In this document: positions 16,106 through 26,472 of the stretch, in pieces
Numbering within the stretch: the stretch's first letter is position 1
Layout of the letters: the number at the start of each line of letters is the position of its first letter
Source: a virus
Taxonomy: Duplodnaviria; Caudoviricetes
Strand: one strand, 5' to 3'
DNA length: 55,951 nt
Virus record (IMG/VR): IMGVR_UViG_3300025828_000030
Coordinates: 1-55,951 of that record
Made by a program: the position numbers and the translations under genes
The notes under the pieces: model-generated
What the model was told of the DNA's origin: nothing
The model's database searches: none
What the model saw: only the letters and a program-made list of their open reading frames with translations

Positions 16106-16147
16106 AAGAATTGTAGTTGAGTTAGAAACGCTACAATAAATCGTTCC

Positions 16148-17050
16148 TTAAGCCCCTTGAGAACCGTAAACGGCTCTGAAGTTTGAATAACCGAAGCTAT
16201 AACGCTCTCTAGCTTTATATCTCATATTACCTGTATCGAAGTCACCCTCTAATGATGTTGACATTGGAGATCTTTCGAAATACTTAAATCCATCTGGACA
16301 GTCAGTTTTAATGAAATACGCATCAGTATCTGTTAGATAGTTATTTACAACATATCCTTCAGGTAGCATACCAGTATTGTTTATAGAATTTATGTCATTG
16401 TCAGATGTGCCAACTCTACCTGGAGAGTTAAGTAATCTGTCAGCCACAAATACTAATTGTGGTGGAATAATGAGCTTTGCACCTTTAAGAGCAATGTTAA
16501 GACCTCTATCATCTGTTAATGTAGAGATATTAATTAATGCGTCTTCAAGTGAAGTTTCATTAAGATCCGCCATAGTGGTAGCTCTGTTTGCTAAAGTACC
16601 GCCTCCCCCTAGAGGGTGAGCAGTGTTAATTAAAGATACGCCATCGCCACCTGCTGTACTAAACGCGTTGTTTAGAACAGATGCTGCTTTGATCTGTTTG
16701 GTATTAGCCATAGATCTTGCTAATGCTTTAGTATATCTTGCTCCTAGCCTGTCATACAGGTTATCTTCAACAGCTTCTTCAGTTAAAGCGAATGCTAAAG
16801 CCACTGTTTCGTGGGTGTAACGAGATGTATAACCTTCGTTAGCTGTATCAAATCTGACACCACTACCTTCAGCTTTTACTTCCGCATTACCAAACCCTAC
16901 GATTAGAGTTTCTTCTTCAAACGCTCTATCAGAAGTTTCTGTTTCATAAATTTCTGTATGTTGAGCTTCGTATCTAGCATATTCCATGCCGAACAAAGCA
17001 TTCAAACCTGGCTCTAGTTCTTTCGCTAATTGCGATCTATTAATTGCCAT
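16148..17050 (-). CDS. Major capsid protein (Mu gpT-like, HK97 fold)
   Basis: MAINRSQLAKELEPGLNALFG, DFDTGNMRYKARERYSFG; follows scaffold/minor capsid genes and precedes a terminator. Confidence 0.9.
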   Translation of the reverse strand: MAINRSQLAKELEPGLNALFGMEYARYEAQHTEIYETETSDRAFEEETLIVGFGNAEVKAEGSGVRFDTANEGYTSRYTHETVALAFALTEEAVEDNLYDRLGARYTKALARSMANTKQIKAASVLNNAFSTAGGDGVSLINTAHPLGGGGTLANRATTMADLNETSLEDALINISTLTDDRGLNIALKGAKLIIPPQLVFVADRLLNSPGRVGTSDNDINSINNTGMLPEGYVVNNYLTDTDAYFIKTDCPDGFKYFERSPMSTSLEGDFDTGNMRYKARERYSFGYSNFRAVYGSQGA

Positions 17051-17053
17051 TAT

Positions 17054-17614
17054 TTATACTCCTGTTGGATCGACATAAAAATGCTCATTAAATTTAACAA
17101 TCACATTCACGTTAGCTGAACCTGTTGTACTGTTATCTGGGTCACTCGAAAAGCCCATGATTCTGAACGTAGCAGTTGTAGCTGCTGTTGTTCCTGATAA
17201 TTCAACTGCTGACATACCAGTTTTGGTTGAGCCAGAAGTATAAGAAATATCAGCGTTCAAACCGACATCAGTTTGAGCTGGAGAACCTGCACTTTGAATT
17301 TCAAATACAGCATCAGGGTCATCTATTACGAATGCCTTAATATCAGACGATACAGTGCCATCAGGATAGTAAGAACTGAAAACAGTCTCACCCGCAGAGT
17401 TTGTAAAAGAACAACCTCTAAACACACCTAAAGCTTCATCACCAGCAGCAGCTACTAAAATAGTACCTGTGTTAGTCATTTTAACTAAATCGCCTGAAAA
17501 AATATTCCCAGAAGCACCTGAGGCAATTTCGTATTCTGTAGTACCGCCATTAGCAACACCAGAACCTAATTTGCCTACAACTCTTGCTCCAAACGGGGCA
17601 TTTTTGTTAGCCAT
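17054..17614 (-). CDS. Minor capsid/decoration protein
   Basis: MANKNAPFG, IFSGDLV, VIDDPDAVFEIQ; directly upstream of the major capsid gene. Confidence 0.7.
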   Translation of the reverse strand: MANKNAPFGARVVGKLGSGVANGGTTEYEIASGASGNIFSGDLVKMTNTGTILVAAAGDEALGVFRGCSFTNSAGETVFSSYYPDGTVSSDIKAFVIDDPDAVFEIQSAGSPAQTDVGLNADISYTSGSTKTGMSAVELSGTTAATTATFRIMGFSSDPDNSTTGSANVNVIVKFNEHFYVDPTGV

Positions 17615-17652
17615 AATAAGTCACCTTATATTTGTTATTAAAATTTTGATGA

Positions 17653-18138
17653 TCAACTACGTTGACCACCTCCAAAAGTTACTTTGCTTGACCTCTCCGG
17701 TTTTAAAATCGGTGAGTTAGGGTCAGACTCTCTAAGAAGATCATTGTCCACAGCATCTTGCTGGGTTTGAGCACGTGAAGCATAGTAGGAGTTTCTTTCT
17801 TCACGAGTTTCATTAGGAATCTTTGCCAAAAGCAAACCACCACGGGCTACTACTCCTGAATGTTTGCCTTCTTGTATAGAATCAAATTTGACCTGGAAAT
17901 TATCAGGTAACTCTTCTAATCTTACTAGGTCGAAACCTTCGCTTAATCTTGAAGTTACATTTTTCCTGTCTTCTTGACCTACATTTTCGGCTCTAATCCA
18001 CCTGTAGGTATAACCTTCAGGGGCAGGAGGAGCGTCCAACATTGATGGCGGGCTCCATGGTTTGCGAGCTTCTTTAGTAGCTCGAGTGTCGGCAGAACGT
18101 GGTGTTCTGTTTAAATTGTTGTTATCTTTTTCAGTCAT
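17653..18138 (-). CDS. Head-module conserved protein
   Basis: WSPPSMLDAP..GYTYRWIR, GGLLLAKIP..ERNSYY. Confidence 0.7.
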   Translation of the reverse strand: MTEKDNNNLNRTPRSADTRATKEARKPWSPPSMLDAPPAPEGYTYRWIRAENVGQEDRKNVTSRLSEGFDLVRLEELPDNFQVKFDSIQEGKHSGVVARGGLLLAKIPNETREERNSYYASRAQTQQDAVDNDLLRESDPNSPILKPERSSKVTFGGGQRS

Positions 18139-18143
18139 AACTA

Positions 18144-19079
18144 TTACCTTTTAACATATTTTGCGTACTCTGTTAAGGGTACGTTTAATCTTTTTGCCAT
18201 TTGAACTTCTGCTGGCGACAACTTAACTTGTCTTTTTGAGCTGGTATTACCTGCTACTCTGCCTGCCGAAGCCACCTTTTGTTGAGGCTTCGATTTAGCA
18301 GAAGACTCTTCAAACTTGTGTGGAAATTCTTGTCGCAATCTTTTATCAACTTCAGAGTAATACTCATCTGTTTTAGGATCGTATCCTTCTGCAACAAGTT
18401 TTTGATCTATGGTAAAAGCAGCCAACGTCATAATTTCGTCTTCACCAAACCATTTATTGTTCTCTACCCATGTTTCTTGTTTTTCATCTAGCTTAGGTGG
18501 AGCTTGGTATTGTGGTGCAGGTTGTTGTACGTTTTGCTGTATGTTTGTTGGTTGTACTGGTTGTTGTTCTATTGCTGTTTTTGAAGAAACAATCTTGTTT
18601 TCCTCCACAGCAATCTTAGCTAAAACATCTTGTGCTTTTGCAACCTTTTCATAATCTTGGTTTTCATGTGCAGCTTTTAAAGCAGTCATAGCTTGTTGTT
18701 TTTGTGACTTTAACCTGTTTTCAGCTTCCATAAGATAGGATCTGTCAAGGTTAGAACTTCTTGTTCTAAGCTGTTCATTCTCGGCAGCAGTCCTTTTTGC
18801 ATACTCGTATGCAGACTCTTGGCCTCTTTCAGCTTCTCTTAGTTTTCTAGTAAGCGTATTAATTCTTTTTTGAACGCTTTTAGAATAATCTTCTAATTCG
18901 TCTTCTTTTTTTGCTTCAGGTGTATCAGATACATCTTCTATCTGTTCATCTGCTTCTTTGTCTTCAGACTCCATAGGAATCTTCGTTTGTGTTTTTGCTT
19001 CTTCAACAGGTTCTATTTCAACAATCTCTCCTTCTTCTACTTCTGTTTCTTCTACAACCTTTGCATTTTCTTCAGCCAT
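18144..19079 (-). CDS. Capsid scaffolding protein
   Basis: Acidic N-terminus, coiled coil (YSKSVQKRINTLT), NKWFG, C-terminal VKLS..MAKRLNVPLTEYAK. Confidence 0.75.
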   Translation of the reverse strand: MAEENAKVVEETEVEEGEIVEIEPVEEAKTQTKIPMESEDKEADEQIEDVSDTPEAKKEDELEDYSKSVQKRINTLTRKLREAERGQESAYEYAKRTAAENEQLRTRSSNLDRSYLMEAENRLKSQKQQAMTALKAAHENQDYEKVAKAQDVLAKIAVEENKIVSSKTAIEQQPVQPTNIQQNVQQPAPQYQAPPKLDEKQETWVENNKWFGEDEIMTLAAFTIDQKLVAEGYDPKTDEYYSEVDKRLRQEFPHKFEESSAKSKPQQKVASAGRVAGNTSSKRQVKLSPAEVQMAKRLNVPLTEYAKYVKR

Positions 19080-19088
19080 TATTTCTCC

Positions 19089-19598
19089 TTATACTGCAAG
19101 AATATCGTCAGGATCTAAGATGGTAGCTATCACTTCATCATCGTTAATGATTCTGCATTCAGACTCATCACCAAGTTTGAAACGAGCACCAGCGTATCTG
19201 CCTATCAATACCCATTGTTTTTCCTGACACCAAGGATGATCAAACTTGCTTGCATCCTTGTAGCAATCAGGACCCATTTTTACTACATAGCCAACTACAG
19301 TAGCTAGAGATTCTCTATCTACAGTTGATTGAACTAAGTGGATTCCTCCTTCAGTAACTGCTTTACCTTTGTAAGGTAATATAAGTATCCGCCAACCTGT
19401 AGGCTGGGGCATACGATCTAAAAAAGATTTTTCTAAAAGTGTGGGGTCTAAAACCCTTGCTTGTTCTTTGACATAAGCAACATTTTCATTGCTTTCTTCG
19501 GTTTTTGTTTCTTCTTGTTGTTTTATCTCTTGTTGTTTCGCTTTTTGCTCTGCTTCAATCGATTTTGCAACATGATCAGGGATTTGTATCTTGCTCAT
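19089..19598 (-). CDS. groES: GroES/Cpn10-like co-chaperonin
   Basis: PTGWRILI..TEGGI, VVKMGPD, RYAG, RIINDDEVIA. Confidence 0.85.
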   Translation of the reverse strand: MSKIQIPDHVAKSIEAEQKAKQQEIKQQEETKTEESNENVAYVKEQARVLDPTLLEKSFLDRMPQPTGWRILILPYKGKAVTEGGIHLVQSTVDRESLATVVGYVVKMGPDCYKDASKFDHPWCQEKQWVLIGRYAGARFKLGDESECRIINDDEVIATILDPDDILAV

Positions 19599-19782
19599 CT
19601 TGTTGTATTTTTCCTAGCAGTTCTCTAAATATATTTTCTGCATCAGCTAGAGAACTGTAACGCCCACGCAGATATTCATATTGAGAAAAGTCTTTACACC
19701 CTGCTAACATAGCATCTTTGGTGTCCTCTCTCCTGGCTTCAAGTTCTTTTAAAAACTTGTTAGCCAGCCAAACTGGATCCAT
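19576..19782 (-). CDS. Hypothetical protein
   Basis: 68 aa, coupled to neighbours. Confidence 0.7.
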   Translation of the reverse strand: MDPVWLANKFLKELEARREDTKDAMLAGCKDFSQYEYLRGRYSSLADAENIFRELLGKIQQDEQDTNP

Positions 19783-19988
19783 TAATAGATGCCAGAAAAC
19801 TTGCCACCGAACTCGGCAGCACCCATACCTCTAGCTTTACCTTTGCCCATGCCAGGCTGAGGTTTAGTATTGGCTGAAAAAGTACCAGCTTTAGTTTTCA
19901 AAGATCCATTGCCTTTGTTGCTGTAGCTATTTTTGTTTTTCAAAACTTTGGGTGTTTTCTGTTGACTTATCTCTGTTCTTTTAATCAT
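19782..19988 (-). CDS. Small basic protein
   Basis: K-rich, C-terminal ARGMGAAEFGGKF. Confidence 0.7.
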   Translation of the reverse strand: MIKRTEISQQKTPKVLKNKNSYSNKGNGSLKTKAGTFSANTKPQPGMGKGKARGMGAAEFGGKFSGIY

Positions 19989-19995
19989 GTTTTTT

Positions 19996-20024
19996 ATTAT
20001 GTTTATTTATTTTGCAATTTGCAA
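19996..20024 (-). promoter_or_regulatory. Sigma70-like promoter (probably giving a leaderless mRNA)
   Basis: TTGCAA-N17-CATAAT, 7 nt before the ATG at 19988. Confidence 0.5.
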
Positions 20025-20027
20025 GTT

Positions 20028-22502
20028 TTAATTTTTATTTTGCATATCTAGCATTTTAAAACGTGCTTGTTGTTCTAGTCTTGCTCTAGCAGTTTCATCA
20101 CGTAAATCTGCTATATCTTCCATAGACTCTATTCTTTCTCTGTCAACATTAATACGTCTTTGTGCTTCCATTGCTTTACGTTTTTCTTCTTGTAAAAACT
20201 GTTGTTGTTCCATGGATAACTCTTGACCTTTGAGTGCAAGTTCTTGTTTTCTTATGGCTACTAATGGATCTTCATCACTTGGATCTTCTACCTGTTGACT
20301 GTATTGAGTAATAAGCTCTGCCATAATCGGTGCAGAGAACTGTGCCAATATATCACCTGCTTGTTGCACCATCTGTTGTGCTTCAGCAGGATTAGCCTGT
20401 TGAGCTTGCTGTTGTATTTGCTGGAACTGTTGCATAACCTCAGGTGGCATTTGTTGTTCGGCCATAGTATCTGCTTTCATTTGCAAATGTTGCATTATGT
20501 GTGAATGTATTAAAGCCTGGACCTGGGCGTTCATTTGCACAGGAGGTGTTTTTAACAAAGCGATATGCGTTGCTATATGTGCATCATGGTTCTGTTGACC
20601 AAAAGCTTGAGCTTGTTGGCCTAGTAATAACTTGTTGTTTTCAAAGCCAGCTTCTAATGGCGTAGGATCTTGTGGGGGTGGTGGTGTTAATATCTTCTCA
20701 ATATTATCTACACCAATAGCTGAGTACATTCTTTTGTATGCTTCATAAGTTCCATTAGGACCGTGCACCTCTGGATTAGATTGTACTAACTGCATCATTT
20801 CTTGAGCCATGGCAATGCGTTGAGATTGACTGAATATATCGGGGTTAGAGATGGGGAATATATCTATATTATCGTCAAAATCGGATAATTTTATCGCAGC
20901 ATTGCCACCAGCTACGGCATAAGGGTACTCAGGGGGGAGGTACTCCTTAAATACTTGTGCAAGTAACTTAAACTCTTTTTTCTGTGAATTATGCAATCTT
21001 TTGTGGATCGCACTTAAAACTTTAGTAGATCTTTCTAATAAAGCTAATGTTGTACCTACAGGTGCATTTGGATTGCCTTGACCTGTGTTAATTTCAGCAA
21101 TAGATGCAAACTTTTTACCACCGTCTACTAAAATACCTAAAAGGTTTAATAAAGTGCCACTAGGTTCTTTAAATGGTAGTGGTTGGATAGATTCTCTTAA
21201 TGATCCACCAGGAGCATCAACATCTCTAAACTCACCTGGTTGAATCGGTGTATCTTCATCTCTAATTCTTATACCTCTAGTTTTAAAACCAGCAGGTAAG
21301 TTAGCAAGAGTACCAGCGTCAATAAGCTGTCTTAGTATTGAGGTAGAAGCTTTAGATAAACCACCTATCATATGAGTTAAACCAAACCCATAAAAACCTA
21401 GTCCTGGTAAAAACTTAAAGTGGACAAAGTATTCAATCTTATTCTTCATAGGATCTTGTTCTTGGAAGTTTCTACGGATAGATAGTATTTCGTTAGATCC
21501 TGAGTCAATCGTTACGATATATGGAAGTTTTACACCTGTCAGCTCACCATTCTCATCTGTATCTTCGAAGCCATCTATGTCTAAATTACAATGAACCTCG
21601 TAAAGAATAGATACCTCTCCGTCATCGTAAGATGGCTCCATACCTGATAACTTGTTGATTTCTTCTTTAGCTTCAGAATACATATCAGGTTCTTCACCTG
21701 TATCTATATCTATCTTGCGGTAAAAACCAATAGCTTGAAGTTTTCTAACTTCGTTTTCTGGCATTTTGACTACGTTAGTAATTCTTGGGCAAGTCTCTAA
21801 GTCAGTTGTATAGTAAGGCACAATTAAATCTTCAGGTGCTACAAACTTAGATACAGCTCTACCTAAGGTTTCATCGTAGTAAATTTTCTTAAATGCAGAT
21901 CCTGCAAGTGGTAAGTAAAAGAGCATCTGATCTAATTCTTCATCAAACTCTTCCATCACATGAACAATTTGATAGTTCATAAAGTCTTTGACTCTTTGTG
22001 CTTGTTCTTCTACCGCAGTATCGTATGCACCAATAACTTGTGTTTTTACAGGTCCACCGGATGGTAATAATTCTTTGTATGCTTGTGCTTGGAAAGTTGT
22101 GACTGCTTCACCTAGTAACGGATGAATGACTCCAGATGCACCTTCAAAAGGCTCAGACCTTTCATCGTCAAACTTCATACCTAGATATTTCAGACCATCG
22201 GTGTAAGTCTTTTCCCAGTCTTCACGTGATGACTTGTCTCTATCAATACCGTCTACAAGTTCGTTAGCTATTCTTCCAAGATCTGAGTCGCTTAACATTT
22301 CAGCTAAGTTTTCGTTGAACCCTGTTTCCATGGGTTCTTGCATATCAGCTTCTAATATTGCACTGCCGTCTTCTTGCAACACAAAGTCTTCCATACCAGC
22401 TTCTTCAATTGCAGCTAATGCTACTTCCATTCCTTCATCACCTAAAGGCACTTGGTTTTCTTCGTTGAGAACTGTTGGATTAATTTCTTTATCTATCGCC
22501 AT
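20028..22502 (-). CDS. Portal protein
   Basis: 824 aa directly after TerL; HPLLGEAV..FQA, RVKDFMNYQI, GSAFKKIYYD, LIDAGTLAN, Q-rich tail. Confidence 0.9.
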   Translation of the reverse strand: MAIDKEINPTVLNEENQVPLGDEGMEVALAAIEEAGMEDFVLQEDGSAILEADMQEPMETGFNENLAEMLSDSDLGRIANELVDGIDRDKSSREDWEKTYTDGLKYLGMKFDDERSEPFEGASGVIHPLLGEAVTTFQAQAYKELLPSGGPVKTQVIGAYDTAVEEQAQRVKDFMNYQIVHVMEEFDEELDQMLFYLPLAGSAFKKIYYDETLGRAVSKFVAPEDLIVPYYTTDLETCPRITNVVKMPENEVRKLQAIGFYRKIDIDTGEEPDMYSEAKEEINKLSGMEPSYDDGEVSILYEVHCNLDIDGFEDTDENGELTGVKLPYIVTIDSGSNEILSIRRNFQEQDPMKNKIEYFVHFKFLPGLGFYGFGLTHMIGGLSKASTSILRQLIDAGTLANLPAGFKTRGIRIRDEDTPIQPGEFRDVDAPGGSLRESIQPLPFKEPSGTLLNLLGILVDGGKKFASIAEINTGQGNPNAPVGTTLALLERSTKVLSAIHKRLHNSQKKEFKLLAQVFKEYLPPEYPYAVAGGNAAIKLSDFDDNIDIFPISNPDIFSQSQRIAMAQEMMQLVQSNPEVHGPNGTYEAYKRMYSAIGVDNIEKILTPPPPQDPTPLEAGFENNKLLLGQQAQAFGQQNHDAHIATHIALLKTPPVQMNAQVQALIHSHIMQHLQMKADTMAEQQMPPEVMQQFQQIQQQAQQANPAEAQQMVQQAGDILAQFSAPIMAELITQYSQQVEDPSDEDPLVAIRKQELALKGQELSMEQQQFLQEEKRKAMEAQRRINVDRERIESMEDIADLRDETARARLEQQARFKMLDMQNKN

Positions 22503-23962
22503 TAGTAATATACCCTTCTAATCGGTGCTTTTTCCTCGTCCATATAATCATCATCCAGAGAAACTAAGCCACCCTCTCTAAATCTCATGAGGGCTTGAGT
22601 CATAGTATCACATAAATCATCATTTTTACCAAAAGGAAAAGACGCACATTCCTCAATCATTTCCTCAGCAAACTTACGTTCTGGTGCATAAACCAGGTTA
22701 GATTCAAATATAGGTGCAACCGAATGCATCCTGGTTGATTTATCGTGTCCTCTAGTTGGTGAATAATTCACAACAGGTATGCCGAGCCTTCTTAGTTCAT
22801 GAGTAAGGGGTGTACCAGAGGCTTTTGCCTCAATCAGTGTCATGTCCGGTTCCCAGTATTTATATTCGTTATAGGCTATACGTTTGAGTTCAGGAAAGTC
22901 CCATCTGCCTTTTTGTGCATCGAGCAAAATAATACAGTCCGGTGAATCAGGCGTTGGTCTAAAAATACCCCATGTGGATATAGCCGAGTAGTCAGCGTTC
23001 TCTTTTTTAGAAAAAGCCGTATCGTAGCTTTGAATGATATAGCTCACCGGTGGCATAGCTTCACTATCCCAGATGTTCCACCACTCACGCTTGATAATAG
23101 AACCTTCTTCTGAAGTAGGAGTCTGCATCCACTGTGCATTCCATTTCTGCACAGGTAGCGAGGCTTTTACTTTTTCTAGCTCAGATATTTCCCAGAACTC
23201 AGGCCATAAAGCATTGTTGGTTTCAGGAAAGATAGCAGGAAACTCTACAACTTCCCACTGATCAGCGTTATCTTCTTTCTGTGCGTCAAGCAGTTTTGCT
23301 GTCAAATCAATAGATGACCAACGTGTCATCACTAGAATAATAGCTCCACCTGGTTGCAAACGCTGTCTAGGTCCAGATGTGTACCATTCCCAACAAGATT
23401 CTAACGCACTAGGGCTCAAAGCGTCTTGTTCTGAATGTGGGTCGTCTATAATCAGCAGATCCGCACCACGACCTGTAATAGCACCACCGACACCAGCAGC
23501 GAAATACTCACCGCCTTTGTTCGTTTCCCAACGACCAGCAGATTTAGAATCAGCTTGCAGTTGTACTTCGGTAAAGATACGTTTATATCTGTCGGTATCC
23601 ATCATGTTTCTGACCTTACGACCAAACCTTACAGCTAGTTCGCCTGTGTGGGTGGTCTGCATAATCTTACGATTCGGCTGTTTACCCATGATCCAGGCAG
23701 GAAAATAGGTCGAACAAAACTCAGACTTGGTGTGTCTAGGTGGCATATTGACGATTAAACGGTTAATTTTGCCGTTTGCTACGTCTTCAAGCTTCTTTGC
23801 GAATATCTTGTGATGACGGCCACAAATGAACTCTGGCCACATATAATTAATGTATTCTAAGAAACTTTCTTGACATTTTGACTGTTTTTCAAGGGTTTGG
23901 AGGCGTTCTTTGAGAACCAGAGTTTCTTTTATCTCTTGATCCGATAAGTGTGCTAGGTTCAT
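22502..23962 (-). CDS. terL: Terminase large subunit
   Basis: NMPPRHTKS Walker A-like, LLIIDDP Walker B, VMTRW, RNase H-like SYDTAF..DYSA and NDDLCDTMTQAL. Confidence 0.95.
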   Translation of the reverse strand: MNLAHLSDQEIKETLVLKERLQTLEKQSKCQESFLEYINYMWPEFICGRHHKIFAKKLEDVANGKINRLIVNMPPRHTKSEFCSTYFPAWIMGKQPNRKIMQTTHTGELAVRFGRKVRNMMDTDRYKRIFTEVQLQADSKSAGRWETNKGGEYFAAGVGGAITGRGADLLIIDDPHSEQDALSPSALESCWEWYTSGPRQRLQPGGAIILVMTRWSSIDLTAKLLDAQKEDNADQWEVVEFPAIFPETNNALWPEFWEISELEKVKASLPVQKWNAQWMQTPTSEEGSIIKREWWNIWDSEAMPPVSYIIQSYDTAFSKKENADYSAISTWGIFRPTPDSPDCIILLDAQKGRWDFPELKRIAYNEYKYWEPDMTLIEAKASGTPLTHELRRLGIPVVNYSPTRGHDKSTRMHSVAPIFESNLVYAPERKFAEEMIEECASFPFGKNDDLCDTMTQALMRFREGGLVSLDDDYMDEEKAPIRRVYY

Positions 23963-26466
23963 AACTCAGCTAACATCCTGTCTATTTCTACAGGTCCACC
24001 TAGTTTGAAAGCGTCAATACCTTTATCTTTGATAGCTTCAACTAAATCATCAGTAAATTTAAGGTAAGTTCCATCGTATTCGCTATCTGTGCCCTCTACT
24101 TTAGAAATCATACCCTTTTGATTAGCTCTGTTTGGTATAAGTTCATCTAATATCTTTTGTATTTCTTTCTCACCGCTAGTGTATTGTTGTACGATTCTTG
24201 TTGGACTACCCTCAGTTTGTGCTTGTTTATTACCAATATGCACACCTTGTCTGCCTTTTCTGTAAGCATCAAGAACTCTGGCTCTTACAGGTAGCTTCAT
24301 ATACTTAGAATTACCGCCATCAAAGTATGGATCTATTTTCATGCCAAAGTCTTTAGCGTTAACACTAACAGCTTTCTTCAAAGCTTTAACACCGTCAGCT
24401 AATTCAAGCATGGTGCCTCCTTGTCCAGCTATATCATCAAAGTAAGCTTTAGCTAAGTCTGCTGGATTATTTGGAACATCAAAGTATTTTAGTCCTCCAG
24501 AACCATCTGGTGTATAAAATATCTCTTCTGTAGTTTTATCTAAAGATTCAGAGAAAGGTCTGCCTGTTATACGCTCTATATCTCTAGGTGTTATATCTAG
24601 CTTATCTATACCAAAACGCAACACATCTTCGTTCAGTGCGTCTGATATTTTATCTATGTCTACAGGAACGCCATCAGCAAGGGCTTTGTTTACTAGATCT
24701 ACTTGTTTGTTATAGTCTTTAAGCTTTTTAAGTACGGCTTTTTGTTGTGTTGGATCTACAAAACCACCTCTTGAGGCAGGTGATTTACCTAGTATTTTGT
24801 TTTGTATTTTGTTTATAGCAATACGTCTGTCGTATATTTCTTTAAGGACTGCACGTGTTTCTGCGTTGTCAGGATATATTTTATTAAGTTCTGTTCCAGG
24901 TGAGTTTAAAAAATAGAAATTTTCAGGAGTCATCTCTCTATATCCAGCCTTCCCTTTACCTTTTAAAGAATTACGGAATGCATCATCTGCAAACTCTGTG
25001 AATGAAAACTCTCTACCGTAATCATCACCTAATTTTTGTGACAAAGCGTAGAGTTCTCTATCGGGTGTAAAATACTTACCTGGTATTCTGTTAGCCAAAT
25101 CAGTGTCAGTAAATACTTTGAAAAGATCATCGCCTAAGAATTTTTTAACTTTGTCCATATCACCATTAACAAAAGCATCAACAAATTTAGGGTTTAAGTT
25201 TCTACCAAATGCTCCTGCTTGAGTGCTTGAACCCCCAAGCATTGTTTTCATTTCTTGGGCATAGCTAACACGTGCATTATTGATATTACGTAACTGTAGT
25301 GCATCTATGTTGCCAATCATGGATTTTGTGTCGTTAAACTCACGCACTTGTTTAGGCAAATAAGTATCAGCGACTTCTCCTTGGAAGTCTGATTGAACTC
25401 TGAAGATACTGTCTATTTGGTCGCCTTCTTTTAAATTTATCTCATCAAAAGCTTTTTGTATCTGTTTACCTTGGTCTATGTATTCTCTTGAAGTATCAAA
25501 GCCATAAACTAATTTGAATCTTGCAGCAGGATCGTTAGTGCCAACACCATCAAATACATAAGACTTGTTTGCGTCAGACATATCTGGATAAAGTAAATCT
25601 CTGTAATGATCTTTCTTACCTCTATATTCGCCTGAGCCTCTAACAAAATACACAGCTTGGCCTTGTGTTCTTTGTAAATCTCTATTAGCAAATCTAGTAT
25701 CAGGTGCTTCAAGGTTATCTTTTGGGACTCCACGCATTTGAATAGCATCTCTTTGCGATCTATCCATGTAATCGTCTAGGAACTCACGGGATACAGTTTT
25801 AGACCCTGCGGCTTCATTTAAGAACTTGGGATTGATTTCATTAGCCTCGTCTAGGATTCTTAGTAATCTAAGCTCTCCTTTAGGTATACCAGCGTCAACT
25901 AAACGCTTAACCCACTCTTCGGGTTTGAGGTTTTGAACTTTCTTACCCGGAGACTTAGGATGTAAGCCATTTACCCATTTTCTAGCTTTAGAGCCAAGTT
26001 TTATACGTGGTTGGCCTGTATTATAGGATATTTCATCTATACCTTTAGGTTGGAAAGGTTGTACTTCAGGGAGCTCAGGTTCTACTTTCTTAGGAGGTGC
26101 TGGTGGTAACTGCTCCTGTGTAGTGGGAGTAGGGGATTGTGGAGCATCTGCGGTTTTGCTTGCAGCTTTTACACCTCTAGCACCTCTAAGAAATCTAAAT
26201 AATGGTATTAAGCTTATGCCAGAAAGAGCAGCTAGGCCTGTATTTCCTGCCGCACCAAGGTAATCTTTGTCTTCTATGTTAGTTTTAGCCCTAGTACCAA
26301 ACTCTCCTACTTCATAGGCTGCAAGAACATCACCAACTCCAGGCGATATGCTAACGGCTATCTGGTCTACGACAGGTAAGTCTTCAAAAGTTCGGTAGGC
26401 TTCACGAATGTTGCCCTCAGCTATCTTGGAGCTTAGGTCTGAAAGTATCTCTTTTCTTTCAGCCAT
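23959..26466 (-). CDS. Large putative internal virion protein
   Basis: 835 aa; hydrophobic helix near aa 70-90; C-terminal FKLGG motif shared with other virion proteins. Confidence 0.55.
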   Translation of the reverse strand: MAERKEILSDLSSKIAEGNIREAYRTFEDLPVVDQIAVSISPGVGDVLAAYEVGEFGTRAKTNIEDKDYLGAAGNTGLAALSGISLIPLFRFLRGARGVKAASKTADAPQSPTPTTQEQLPPAPPKKVEPELPEVQPFQPKGIDEISYNTGQPRIKLGSKARKWVNGLHPKSPGKKVQNLKPEEWVKRLVDAGIPKGELRLLRILDEANEINPKFLNEAAGSKTVSREFLDDYMDRSQRDAIQMRGVPKDNLEAPDTRFANRDLQRTQGQAVYFVRGSGEYRGKKDHYRDLLYPDMSDANKSYVFDGVGTNDPAARFKLVYGFDTSREYIDQGKQIQKAFDEINLKEGDQIDSIFRVQSDFQGEVADTYLPKQVREFNDTKSMIGNIDALQLRNINNARVSYAQEMKTMLGGSSTQAGAFGRNLNPKFVDAFVNGDMDKVKKFLGDDLFKVFTDTDLANRIPGKYFTPDRELYALSQKLGDDYGREFSFTEFADDAFRNSLKGKGKAGYREMTPENFYFLNSPGTELNKIYPDNAETRAVLKEIYDRRIAINKIQNKILGKSPASRGGFVDPTQQKAVLKKLKDYNKQVDLVNKALADGVPVDIDKISDALNEDVLRFGIDKLDITPRDIERITGRPFSESLDKTTEEIFYTPDGSGGLKYFDVPNNPADLAKAYFDDIAGQGGTMLELADGVKALKKAVSVNAKDFGMKIDPYFDGGNSKYMKLPVRARVLDAYRKGRQGVHIGNKQAQTEGSPTRIVQQYTSGEKEIQKILDELIPNRANQKGMISKVEGTDSEYDGTYLKFTDDLVEAIKDKGIDAFKLGGPVEIDRMLAEL

Positions 26467-26472
26467 AGCAGG

